A stretch of 64,000 nucleotides of DNA, from positions 354,244-418,243 of the forward strand of contig NW_003314331.1 in the NCBI RefSeq assembly GCF_000143415.4. Reading direction: 5' to 3'. The position numbers and the translations under genes were made by a program. The notes beneath the pieces were generated by a model. The model was not told the origin of the DNA. It was given only the letters and a program-made list of their open reading frames with translations, and made no database searches. This DNA comes from Selaginella moellendorffii. Taxonomy: Eukaryota; Plantae; Lycopodiophyta. This document shows positions 12,621-23,706 of the stretch, one piece after another (within the stretch, counting starts at the first letter, position 1; the number at the start of each line of letters is the position of its first letter).

Positions 12621-13619
12621 GCAATAACACAAAATGTTCAACATTAATAAGTTTTTGATTTTTTTGCAAGAACCTTTTATATTTTAGAGAAATAGTCCAA
12701 TTCATGGGTTGTGATTGGATAAGTTTTTGATTTATTTGCAAGAACCTCTCATAAATTCAAAAAAATAGTCTGATCTATAGGTTGTTGTAATGCATGTGGT
12801 TTTCACCCTTTATCTTATAATGATTTACCATAAAATAACCATGAAGTGGAATTTAAACCTTCCATATGACATGGCATATGTCCAAAAATAATAGAGTTTC
12901 AAGGCTTTGGGCCATTAAATGAAGGGATGAAGCCAAACTCCTAAATAAGAGTAAACGAGCATAGAATGACTTCAAAACACTTTTGCACAAATATTACATA
13001 AACCATACATATCATAAAATTTATGATTGGCATGTTGAAATTATGTGACAATATTTAGATTATTTAACTTAAGTGAATGAGACAGTTGTGGTGCTAGATT
13101 TGGCAATTAAGTGTGACAGTCATGTTGGGTGTGGCAGTGGAGGTGCTTGTGAGGGCTGTGTTGAAGAGAGCTCTGCCCTGGCTAGGGATGGATGGAGTGA
13201 GGAACAAGAGAGAAAAGAAATTCCCATTTTCGCCCCTAGAACTCTATGCTAGATGCTCCAAAGGGGAGAACTTACCACATGACTGGAGTGGCTTTTAGCC
13301 ATAACCACAGATCCTCTACCCACATGCAACACAGTTGCAATGTACATGGCTCTCATACACTTGCAGCAAATGACCCTTGCAAGCCAATGGAATTCCTCCC
13401 AATCATATGACCCTCATTGAGATCCTCTCAGCCTGCATACATCCATGAGTGGATTATTGATTTGGGCCTTCACCAAGACTCCAATCTTTGGCACCACTCT
13501 CACTGCTTTTACTTCCAGTTTTAGTTCCAGGGGGAGAGTTTTTATTTCTAGTTCTAGTTTTAAAGGCATTCTAGTTTTCAAGATCTTGGGGATTTGAGTG
13601 AGCTCTGAAAAAGGAGCTC

Positions 13620-14400
13620 GGCCAAGATCCAGGGGAAGAGTATGAGGAAGAACAAGAGGATGAGAAGGAGCTCACAGAATCGGCATCAAGGAAGAAACAT
13701 GCTCCCAATTGAACAAGAGGAGAAGCCATGACTTTAATTGAGCTCAAAGCTGTGGAGCATGCAGAGTAGAGGGTTATGACTCGATGGGAGAAAGGAAATT
13801 TCCCCTTGAATGCTCAGTGGCAGCAGTTTGTAGAGAAGATGGAGAAGACTTGCATAGAGCATGATGATGATGGTTGCAAGCAGAAGTGGGAGAGCCTCAA
13901 GGGGATGTATAAGCAGATCAAGGACCACAATCAGAAAACAGGTGCTGCAAACTTCTTCACGCTTGCATGGGAAAAATAGTTGCATTGAAGCTTCAGACAA
14001 CAAGACAACAATGGACATGTTTGAAGCAATGGATGCCTTCCTCTCTGACTGTGGTACTGTTGCTCCTTGCCACCTCACTGATTCTGATCATCAAGCTCAT
14101 GTTCCAAATGATCAGGAAGACGAGATATTGGCTGGCACTACTAGTATGATGTAGGCTGCAAGTGGTAGTAGCGGGCAAAGGAAGAAATCAAGCAGCCACA
14201 CTCTTGTTGGAGCTCTCCGAGATGGTAACTTGCTGGCTGCTGACCAAATGGACGCAAGAGCGAAGCAATTCAAGGTGATGAAGGAATTCAATAAGCAACA
14301 GGTGGTGAAACGTTGCGAAGTTGATGATCCACGACTTACAAACCACAGAGCAACTTAACAGTGTGGCCAGGCCCAAAAAGCTCAAAATCCTCTCCAATGT
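13620..14400 (+). pseudogene. Myb/SANT-like (trihelix) DNA-binding ORF remnant, typical of PIF/Harbinger ORF1
   Basis: Reads APN*TRGEAMTLIELK ... QWQQFVEKM ... CKQKWESLKGMYKQIKDHNQKTGAANFFTL. The conserved Trp codon is TGA (13710-13712) and further stops and frameshifts follow. Confidence 0.7.
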
Positions 14401-14485
14401 ATCGATGAACTCCATAAAAATCTTTGACCCGAGCTTCAAAAGTCAAATAAGTTTTATTGACTTTATATACTGCCGTTAAATCTTA

Positions 14486-16471
14486 ATGCTTATTACTGGA
14501 CGTTATCCTTCGTATTGGAAGGAGAATGGCGCCCAAGCAAGGGTAGTCCTCGAGGGCAAACCAAGGGCTTCTCGTCTCAGGTAAGAAGGCGCTAGGGTTT
14601 CACGTTCTAGGGTCGCGAGATCGTGAGCTTACTCCTTGTTCCTGTGGCGCAGCGATCCAGTGGCTCCTCCGCGGAAGATTTTGAGCTTCCTTGCGACATG
14701 CGCGCCAGGGCTGGAGGCTGTGGTAGCAGCCGAGCTCCAGGCCCCGGCCATACGAGCCGCGAATGTGGCAATCGCGGAGAGTGGCGGCGCCGTGTTCTTC
14801 TCTGGGACTTGGATTGTGGCATTCAATGCCATTCTCTGGTTGCGCTGCGGATCGAGGGTGATGCATCTCATTGCCAGCGCCAATCTTCCATGGGCCGATG
14901 CAATCGGGATTGATCCAGTTTATCAATTTGTGAGGTAATGCTCAAACGCTTTTTATTTTCTTCTTTCTTCCTCTGTTTGCTTTCATGGATACAAGCTTTA
15001 TTCTTTTCTATGGAGATTTTGTTTCGTGTTTGAGATACATCTTCCTTTTGCTTTCTGGTTGCTAAGCCTGCCATTCAAAGTTCCAACCAAACGTTTTTTC
15101 TCTTGTTTAAATCAGATATGCAGTGCATTGGAAAAGATTTCTTGCGAACAATGACGACGGTCACAAAAGGTTCCGGAGTTTTTCAGTGGAATGTAGGGTC
15201 CGGGACTGTACGAGGAGGTCTGTGTCCTTGTACGCTCCAAGAAAAGCCAACGCTGCCATCAATGATGCTCTCGACTTGGAGTTTAATCCCGACGTACTCG
15301 AGCCTCATCTCAAGGAACCAGCTGAAGTTCCACTCTTTTTACTCATACACAAGGACAAGGCCAGGCTCTACAGAGACATGAGCTCGAACCTCGGTGAAAG
15401 AAGCTACAAAGAAGTCCTGGACAAGACAAGCTTGCCTGGAGAGATCGCCGCAGGAGTTTTGACACTGGCCGGGTGGAACTATGCAGTCCCAGGATTTGGA
15501 GAGATCAATCGAAACGCTCCAACCGTGCTGCTGGATCCAATGTGTGGTTGCGGAACGCTCCTGATCGAGGCAGCTCTCATGTCTTCCAACACTGCTCCGG
15601 GGCTCCTACGCAAAAGCTGGCCTTTCACGGTTCGTTTTTCATCATCGTAGTTCCTTTGGAAGTTAAGTTCTATCTTCGACATGTCTAGGACTGGCATGAC
15701 TTTGACGAGGAACTCTGGCAAGAGTGCCGCGCCAGAGCTTCAGCTGCCATGCTCGCGGTCCCATCTAGTCACAAGTTTTTGGGGAACGACAGGGATCAAA
15801 AAGTGATCTCGGCGTGTGCTCGAGCCGCGGAGCGTGCTGGAGTTGCACACTTGCTCCAACTTAGCAGTCAAGACTTTGTGCAGTACGAGCCTCCAACCCG
15901 TCCATCGCTGGTGGTGGTCAATCCTCCGTGGGAAAGCAAAGAAAGAACGACGTAAGTGAAAGCTTTCCTTTATTCTTTTTTTCTTTTTCCAGGCAAAGCT
16001 CCTTTATCTTTTTTTTTTCTTTTTTTTTCCTCCTTTCGTCCATCTTTCCTTCTAGTTTTCTTTTTTTTTTCTTTCGTCCTTCATCTTTCCTTCTAGTCCA
16101 CCATTTTTTTCTTTATTTTTTCTTCCTTGCTCTGAATTCGATGTTTGGTCCTTTTCTTTTCTCTCGAGATTGATCTCTTCCGATAATTCCCTCTTTCCGC
16201 GAGCTCACTTCATTTTTTTTTTTAATTTTTTTTTTTACCTTCTTGCAGGACTTTGGTTCCAACGTTTTCGGAGCTGGGCAGATTTTTGAGGCGCCACTGT
16301 CGTGAAACCGATGCCTACGTCTTGAGTGGCAGTCGCCTTCTCGCGAGCAACATGAGGCTAAAGGCGGACGTCAATTGGCCGATTAAAATCCAAGGCCTCC
16401 ATTTTCGACTGTGCCGCTATTACATTCTTCCAAAAAAGCGCAAGGATCAGGCTGCGCCACAGAGCACTTGA
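14486..16471 (+). CDS. THUMP/RlmL-like RNA methyltransferase (divergent paralog 2)
   Basis: Five exons (14486-14580, 14653-14934, 15116-15629, 15689-15951, 16249-16471) splice in frame. Motifs FLATCAPGLEAVVAAEL, LLDPMCGCGTLLIEAA, VVVNPPW and AYVLSGS. Three introns sit at the same positions as in paralog 1. The start codon is less certain. Confidence 0.85.
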
Positions 16472-16525
16472 CACGTTCCCCAGAAACGTGTTGACACGTG
16501 TCCATCTGGGAGATTGACACGTCAT
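16470..16525. promoter_or_regulatory. Cluster of four ACGT-core (ABRE/G-box-like) elements
   Basis: GACACGTT (16470), AAACGTGT (16484), palindromic GACACGTGTC (16493-16502) and GACACGTC (16516), upstream of a telo-box at ~16803. Confidence 0.45.
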
Positions 16526-17329
16526 GTGGCTGCCGCTTGCGTGTACAGCTTTGTTATATAGAGCGAATCTTTGAATATGCCTGGGGATTATTCGGTTTCT
16601 TACCGTACACTGTTTTTCCGCTAAATTTGGATCGTCATTTTGAGCCATACACCTGAAAAGAACACAAAAGAAAGAAGAACGCATTGGCTCGAAAAGCTGT
16701 GGTGTTCTTCTTCCGGGATGCTTGCGCGCTGGGATCAATCGCTCGATCTATCTCCTCCATAGCCGATCTAGGTGACGATTCCATCCATTTGGGGCGACCT
16801 AAATTAGGGTTTTTGACCTAGTGGCTTCGTCCCCGGAGGAAGGGAGGGTTTGTGAGCGCCGGCAACGACGCAGCGGTTTGAGCGAGCATCCAGCGCCAGG
16901 AGAATTCGTGTTCTTTCGAAAAAAATTTCCCCTTCTTTCCACTCTTGGTGTGAGATCTTTCCCTCTTTCTTTTGTCTTTTTCTTTCTTTTTTTTTTCTCT
17001 TCGTTCTCTTGGTAGAACAGCGGCGCTGGCTCTTGGGGACGAGCCCAGCGATTCTTCTCGGGAGAGTCTTGGGGAATTTGAGCAGGGGGAAGGAATTTAG
17101 GCACAGGCAGGGCAGGGGGAAATTTTTTCCAGGGGAGATTTTCGCTCCATGGGAGGGAATTTCTCCGCGGCGATTGATGGATTGGGTCTCTGGCAGGGCT
17201 AGGAGGATTTGCTCGCTGGGTCGGGCTCGATGGAGCAATGCCAGTGGTGAATTCCTGGCGCTAGGGTGAATCTTTTGGGAGGTTTTCGCCCGGGCATTGG
17301 AAGAAAGCCTATAATGGTCTGTTCTAGGC

Positions 17330-19452
17330 ATGGAAAGAACTGAGCCATCTCTGGTGCCAGAATGGCTCAAGGGTGTTGGAAGTGGCTCCTCGGCGCATCA
17401 CCAAGGTAGCTATACCGACTTAAGAGAAAGATGGAAACGTTCTAACGCTTTTCTTCTTTTTTTATTTCTGTGTAGATGACGGTCCTAGGCAAAGATTATC
17501 ACAGCATAGCGAACAAGAGTCTCCACGCTACTCTGCGTACGTACCACCGAGAAGAATAACCATTCCAGAGCGTCACCAAGTCGACAAGGATTCTTACACT
17601 GGTAGCCGTGTCTATCCCAACTTTTCTCGGACGCCATCGTCGTATCGAGCTGACCACCATCGAGGTGATTGGGATTCGGATAGGGAGAGGGAGAGGGATA
17701 GGGAGAGAGCAGCGACTAGTTTTTTGAGCGACGGGAAGGACAGGGATGATCGTGCAAATGGTCGCTGGCCCGGACCGGGCAGGGTACTAGATCAAGAGTT
17801 TCCACTTCGACGTCCACACACTGTAGGGAATTCTGGTAGGCTAGCGGAGAATGGAGAGAAGAGGTTTGTTAGCGATAGCAGTAGCAGCAGCAGCAGCAGC
17901 ATCAAACTCGCAGGCCCCGTACCAAAGGCTGCCTTTGAGCGGCATTTTCCATCGCTTGGTACTCAGGAGAAGGTTTACTCGAGCCTCGGCAATGTGTCCG
18001 TGTTGAGCCCCCGTCACCTTTGGCAACACTCTCGGACCGGTGTTGGTCTGGACTCGGATAGTCGCTCCAGCCTCGTGGAGCCCAACGGCGTCGCTCCCAG
18101 TGCTACGTCCGGGACGCCAAAGATGGCTGAAGCTCTAGCTCACAATCCTCCTCGAGTCAGAACTCCACCACAGGTATGTATTCTTTTTTGCTTTTCGGTA
18201 TTTTCTTTTCCTTTCTTTTCTTTTTAGTTTTTTCTTTCTTTTTCTAATTGCTTGTCACTTTTTTGAGTTGCAGCTATCTACAGAAAACAGGCTGGAAGAA
18301 CTGGCTCTTAAACAGTCCAGGCAGCTTGTGCCGATGATTCCAAAGACGGTAAATGAAACCTTTTTTATTTTTTTCCTCGCTCTTCTAACGGGATTTACTC
18401 TTTGCAGGCTCTCAACTCTCGGGACAAAGCCAAGCCAAAGCTGACCAGCCTGGTGTCCCCTAGCACACCAAAGATCACTCAAGCTCCGAGCAGCCCGATG
18501 CTTAGACAACCTCCTCCGATACGCGTCGAAACTCCAAAGACTCCCCAGAGCAAGCTTCACGTCCTCAAGCCCGGGGTGGCGATTCCAGAGACCGCTCCAG
18601 CCGCGAGCTCAGTTGGCAGAACTCCAACTGCCGGCGCGAACTCCACTGCTCCTCGCAAGCTGAAGCAGCTGCTAGATCGCCGGGCCGTCCCGATACCTCC
18701 GCTCTCCGCCAGCGCCGGGGGAGCCGACGCAAGCCGAGCTCGAAGCAGCAAAGAGAACGGCGTCACCGAAGACAAGAGGCTCCAGGCACAGGCTCAGAAC
18801 CGAAGCGACTTTTACAACGCTATCCGGAGGAAGGCCGCCGGCGCAGGAGGAAGCAGTAGCAAGCCGGAGGAGAAGAGCAGCAGTGGCGACTCCAACGGCG
18901 GCGGTGGTGGTGCCGGGAATGGCGGTGACAGGGAACTGGAAGATGAGACGCAGGATGGTGGTGAAAGTCCGCCGGTGGCGGAGGTGGATCATCGCCGCCA
19001 CCACGCGGCTCCCACCGCTTATCTCGATAACGACGACAATGCTGCCAATGGCGTGAAGAGCGAGCACTCGATCAAGGACGTTGTTGGTGGCTCCGAGGAG
19101 GAGGAAGCGGCATTTTTGAGATCGCTCGGGTGGGAGGAGGACGGCGACGCCGAGGGAGGAGAGGGGCTGACCGAGGAGGAGATTAGTGCGTTTTATCGAG
19201 AGGTAAAGCTGGTGTTTTCGAGTTGTTTTCGTTGTTCTAACTCTGGAAGTTTGCTCTCTTTGTTTGCAGCATATGAGGTCGATGAGTAGCTCCCCTCTGA
19301 GCAGCCGGATACATAACAGGCTCCAGAATGCCGTGCTTCGATCTAGCGGAGGAATCAACGGGGTCTCGGCTGGAATCAGCTCGTCCGACTCGGAGTCCGA
19401 CGGCGAAGTCCGCGCCGCCAACAATGTTCTCGCGTCGAGACTCGTGGGATGA
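17330..19452 (+). CDS. Uncharacterised disordered plant protein of the 'MERxEPxLVPEWLK' family with a vasculin/GPBP1-like C-terminal motif
   Basis: Five exons. Motifs MERTEPSLVPEWLKG, KAAFERHFPSLG, MAEALAHNPPRVRTPPQ/LSTENRLEELALKQSRQLVPM, AQNRSDFYNAIRRK and SEEEEAAFLRSLGWEE...GLTEEEISAFY. Confidence 0.85.
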
Positions 19453-20004
19453 TAATTGGTGACAACGCAAAGAAGGATGGCAGTCACACGGAGGAGGAGT
19501 CGATCACTCTCGGAGTTCTAAAGGTTTTTTTTTTGTTTTGGCTGGAAGATGTCGTGTACAGGCATGGAAGAAGGAAAAATTAAACAAGGATTTGCCGTTC
19601 TTCAAGAGGTAACGAGGAAAGAAAAAGTGAGAGAAGAGAGAAGTTGTGGGATGTCTTTGACCACTCTGGAAGCAAAGAAAATTTTTTTATTACTATAATC
19701 CGAGGAAGTGTTCCAAGTCATAGCAGTGTTGTCGTAATGTTCTTGGGTAACTTCATGTTTTTTGTCTCTATAAAAGATCTCAAAAAGATGAGCAGAGTTT
19801 TATGTTTTTGGGTTAACTTGTACCAAAAAAGAAAAGTCTCTAAAAGGTACCCAAAAAAAGGTGAGAAGAAAGAGTTTCGATTGACTTTGGCGAAGATTGT
19901 ACAAGTAATCGAAAGTGAGATCAAATCCATCGATCCATTCACGGGATCACTCCCGGGTCAGTGAAAAAGGAACTCCTCTCTTTTCTCTTTTTCTCTTTTT
20001 CTAG

Positions 20005-20300
20005 TCACTCGAGTGGCAAGTTGCTATGGCCAGTGCTCTTGGTGTCAGGGTTGGAGACGTCGCTGGTCGAGATTTGGAGTTCTCCTTCATCCTCGATCTC
20101 GATTCTTTCGTTCTGCAGCGATCGATCCAGCTAAAGATCAAACGATACGATAGGAGAGAAAAACCAAAAGAGTGTACCTGCGATTCTTTGAGTGACGAGA
20201 ATAATGTGATCGCTGTCGCAGCTGCTATTCCAAAGACTGGCGCGATGGCTTTGGCCATGTCCATGTCTGCTTGTTTCTGTTCAAGCGGTGACCTTATCAT
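20005..20300 (-). CDS. Small (~77 aa) single-hydrophobic-segment protein, copy 1
   Basis: Two coding exons: MIRSPLEQKQADMDMAKAIAPVFGIAAATAITLFSSLKESQ / NERIEIEDEGELQISTSDVSNPDTKSTGHSNLPLE*. GT-AG intron. Upstream TATATATA (~20510) and CACGTG (~20578). Frame and splice sites are conserved in copy 2. Confidence 0.65.
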
Positions 20301-20819
20301 CCTGGATTTTGAGTATCGATCGATAACTTAACGGGAAGAAGATACCTTTCTCGACTGACTGGAAATGCCCAAAACACGAGCTCGATCGATCGATGAGCGA
20401 CGAGACTTATGATTCGACTCCACAAGAGTCCCCTTATTTGCTTGCAGGAGAGAGAAACAATGAAATCCAGCACGTACAAGAGAAGTGTTTTTCAGTTTAG
20501 TCGGGCTTTATATATACAAGCGCGGGCCGACTTGAAGGGTGAATGAGACGAGGCCACCTGTGCATCTGCGATGCTGACACGTGTTTGATATTTATGCGGC
20601 TACTGGGGAAGATTCTTCTACCACCGTTTTGAACATGTCAAACGCAGAGAAAAACAAAACAGCTAATATTTTAACATTAGAGCAATTAAAATCTAGGAAG
20701 TTATACTTTGATTGTTTTACTTTGGGCAGCATTGTCTAAATAGCACAGTAGTGTTCTTATCCCAAGATATACTAAGAACACGAGGAATACAATGAGAAAC
20801 AAAAAGTGTTTTTATAATA

Positions 20820-21745
20820 TTTTAGAGGAACTCAAGAGGAATTAGATTCCCTACCATTCTAGGAGTGCAAAAGCACATTTTCACTGGAAGGTACAATTTT
20901 GAATAGAATAAACTTTCTAGACATATTGTGAGTAATGTCAAATCAAGAATCAATTTTTGTTGCCAATGGACAGCTACTCTAAAGTACTTTTAAAAGACCG
21001 TGAACCTAACTTCGCAATACAGAGTCCAGATGTGTTTGATAGGATTTTTCATATTATAAGAGGAGTTAGTAAGGGGATCAATTTGAGCAGGGATATTTTT
21101 GCCGGTAATGTTCCAAGCTGAACCAGGTTTTAACTCTACGACGCATCAAATATATTCAAGTGGGCAATGGTCGTGATGTAGGACTATCAATATTTGAGGC
21201 CCAAGTGGCAAACGGGAACGGTGAACAGACTTTAAGCAGGGCTTAGGCCAACCGCTTTGATTTCTTCCTAATGTTGTCCTTCTACAGTACATGATATTAC
21301 TTCAGCACCATATTTCCAACTGATCAACTACTGCGAAGCCAAACCTGATTGGAGTGCAGTATCAGGCTGTGCTGCCCTGACAAAAGACCTCTCAAGTCCA
21401 CTGAGTGCTAGTACAAGAAAACATATACTGTAACAATGACTACCTGAGAAAGGGGAAACCACTTAGGGTGGAGGTCTGGACTCGATCGTGGTTTCCGTAT
21501 GGACTTCATTGCCGTGCAGCTATAGCTCGCCTCTGTTCTTCACATTCTCTTTGGGCTCCAAAGTTCACTACTATGGACGTACCATCTTTCAAAGGGGTGC
21601 CGAGTACAGCCAAGTACAGAGCTACAGGTTGCGAATTCGTGGTGAGGCACCCTGATAGCTATAGGCTCTACTCAAGAAGTTACTTTGTCAAAGGCTTCGA
21701 GCTGATGATCCTGCTCGTCATATACAGCGTTTATGAATCGCGGTG
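20820..21745 (+). pseudogene. Callose synthase (GSL/CalS, Glucan_synthase domain) fragment
   Basis: Frameshifted but recognisable PDVFDRIF, RGVSKGINLSRDIFAG, YIQVGNGRDVGL-SIFEAQVANGNGEQTLSR, FTFSLGSKVHYYGRTI and AKYRATGCEFVVRH..SYRLYSRSYFVKGFELMILL. Confidence 0.88.
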
Positions 21746-21766
21746 AGTTTTGAGATCGCTCCGCCG

Positions 21767-23283
21767 TGAGTAGCTCCGCTCTGAGCCGGATACATAACAG
21801 GCTCCAGAATGCCGTGCTTCGATCTAGCGGAGGAATCAACGGGCTTTCGGCTTGAATCAGCTCGTCCGACGGCGAAGTCCGCGCCGCCAACAATGTTCTT
21901 GCGTCGAGACTCGTGGGATGATAATTGGTGACAACGCAAAGAAGGATGGCAGTCACAGGAGTCGATCACTCTCGGAGTTTTAGAGGTTTTTTTCGTTTTG
22001 GCTGGAAGATGTCGTGTACAGGCATGGATGGAGGAAGAATAAGGAAGAATTAAACAAGACTTTGCCGTTCTTCAAGAGGTAACGAGGAAAGAAAGAATTA
22101 GAGCAGAGAGAAGTTGTGACACGTCTTCGACCAGGTGTGTTGTCGTAATGTTCTTGGGGTAACTTCCGACACAAAAAAGGTACTAAAAGAAAAAGCTTTT
22201 AAAGGCTGTTGTCTCTAAAGTAAGGTGAGAAGAAAGAGTTTCGATTGACTTTGGCGAAGATTGTACAAGAAAAAGTAATCGAAAGTGAGATAAAAATCCA
22301 TCGATCCATTCACGGGATCACTCCCCGGTCAGTGAAAAAATAACTGCTCTCTTTTTCTCTTTTCTTGTCACTGGAGAGGCAAGTTGCTGTGCCCAGTGGT
22401 CTTGGTGTCTGGATTGGAGACGTCGCTGGTCGAGATTTGGAGCTCTCCTTCATCCTCGATCTCGATTCTTTCGTTCTGCAGCAATCGATCCAGCTAATGA
22501 TCAATCAAAAGAGGAGAGAAAAACCAAAAGAGTGTACCTGCGATTCTTTGAGTGTCGAGAATAACGTGATCGCTGTCGCAGCTGCTATTCCAAAGACTGG
22601 CGCGAGGGCTTTGGCCATATCCATGTCTGCTTGTTTCCGTTCAAGCGGTGACCTTCCCATCCTTGATTTTGAGTATCGATAGAGAACTTAACGGGAAGAA
22701 TGCAAAGGACTCTACCTTTCTCGACTGACTGGAAATACCCAAAACACGTGCCGAGATTTATGATTCGACTCCACAAAAATCCCCTTCTTTGCTTGCTAGG
22801 AAAGAAAAAAAATGAATCCCACCAGCGCGTACAAGGGAAGTGTCCTTCAGTTTAGTCGGGCTTATATACAAGGGCGGGCCGACTTGAAGTTGAGGCGTGG
22901 ACTAATGAGACGAGGCCACCTGTGTCCTGGCATCTGCTATGCTGACACGTGTGCTGGATATTTATGTAGTTACTGGGAGATTCTTCTGCCACCGTTCTTG
23001 AACATGTCAAACCCAGAAAAAACATGTGCCTAAACAACTTCTCAAAAGCTATAGCCGATTAGAGCAAATCTCTATCCTAATTAATATTTAGGAAGTCGCT
23101 TGATTAGAGCAAATTCTTTTGTAAATGTCTACAGAATATTTGGGCAACAAACATCGTCTAAAGGCTAAGTACCTCAACAATGCTCAGGCCAATAGCACGG
23201 AGTGTTCTTTTTTATCCCAAGTCATACTAAGAATATGGGGATACAATGAGAACCAAACACAAGCTTGTTTAGTGTTTTTATAA
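21767..23283. repeat. Direct segmental duplicate of ~19283-20817 (last exon and 3'UTR of the 17330 gene plus the whole small minus-strand gene and its promoter)
   Basis: Near-identical sequence from 'tgagtagctcc' through 'ttatcccaag..atactaagaa...gtgtttttataat', with small indels. Confidence 0.92.
22368..22660 (-). CDS. Small single-hydrophobic-segment protein, copy 2
   Basis: MGRSPLERKQADMDMAKALAPVFGIAAATAITLFSTLKESQ / NERIEIEDEGELQISTSDVSNPDTKTTGHSNLPLQ*. Differences from copy 1 are mostly conservative. Confidence 0.65.
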
Positions 23284-23706
23284 TTTTTGTCTATGAATCT
23301 ACTTGTCAACTATTTAGGAATTGCAAAAGGCAGGACATTTTTTAAGCTCAGCTTCTTGAATTCGTAAAATTCCATGTAGATTAGTAAGCCTTTATTTTGA
23401 ATAGCTGAAAAAGATAGAAAAACTCAGAATATAATTTCTTATTATTATATAAAGTAAAAAAAAGTAATTGGCCTGTTAAATTCAAATACAGCTAATACAA
23501 GCATATGAAATTATAATTTATATTTAAACCTTTATCATCAAACTAAATTTCTGACATTATTATCAATTAAGGTATTGATTGCATTCTTAATTTACCTCTA
23601 AAGTCAAAAAACATCCAAAAAAGTCAAATAAATTTTTGCATTGGGAAGTCCGGTGATTGCTGAAATAAACTTTTTCCTCAAGCATCCCAAAAAGATCAAG
23701 ATCAAA

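Noticed and set aside
18672-19487. 271-aa antisense ORF and similar shadow ORFs (e.g. 5349-5774, 29523-30149, 24011-24364)
   Set aside because: Explained by GC-rich codon bias of real genes on the opposite strand or in another frame.
20302-20345. GTATCTTCTT donor in the 5'UTR intron of the small gene as a U12 intron
   Set aside because: No convincing TCCTTRAC branch point, and the duplicate copy has GTAGAG at this donor.
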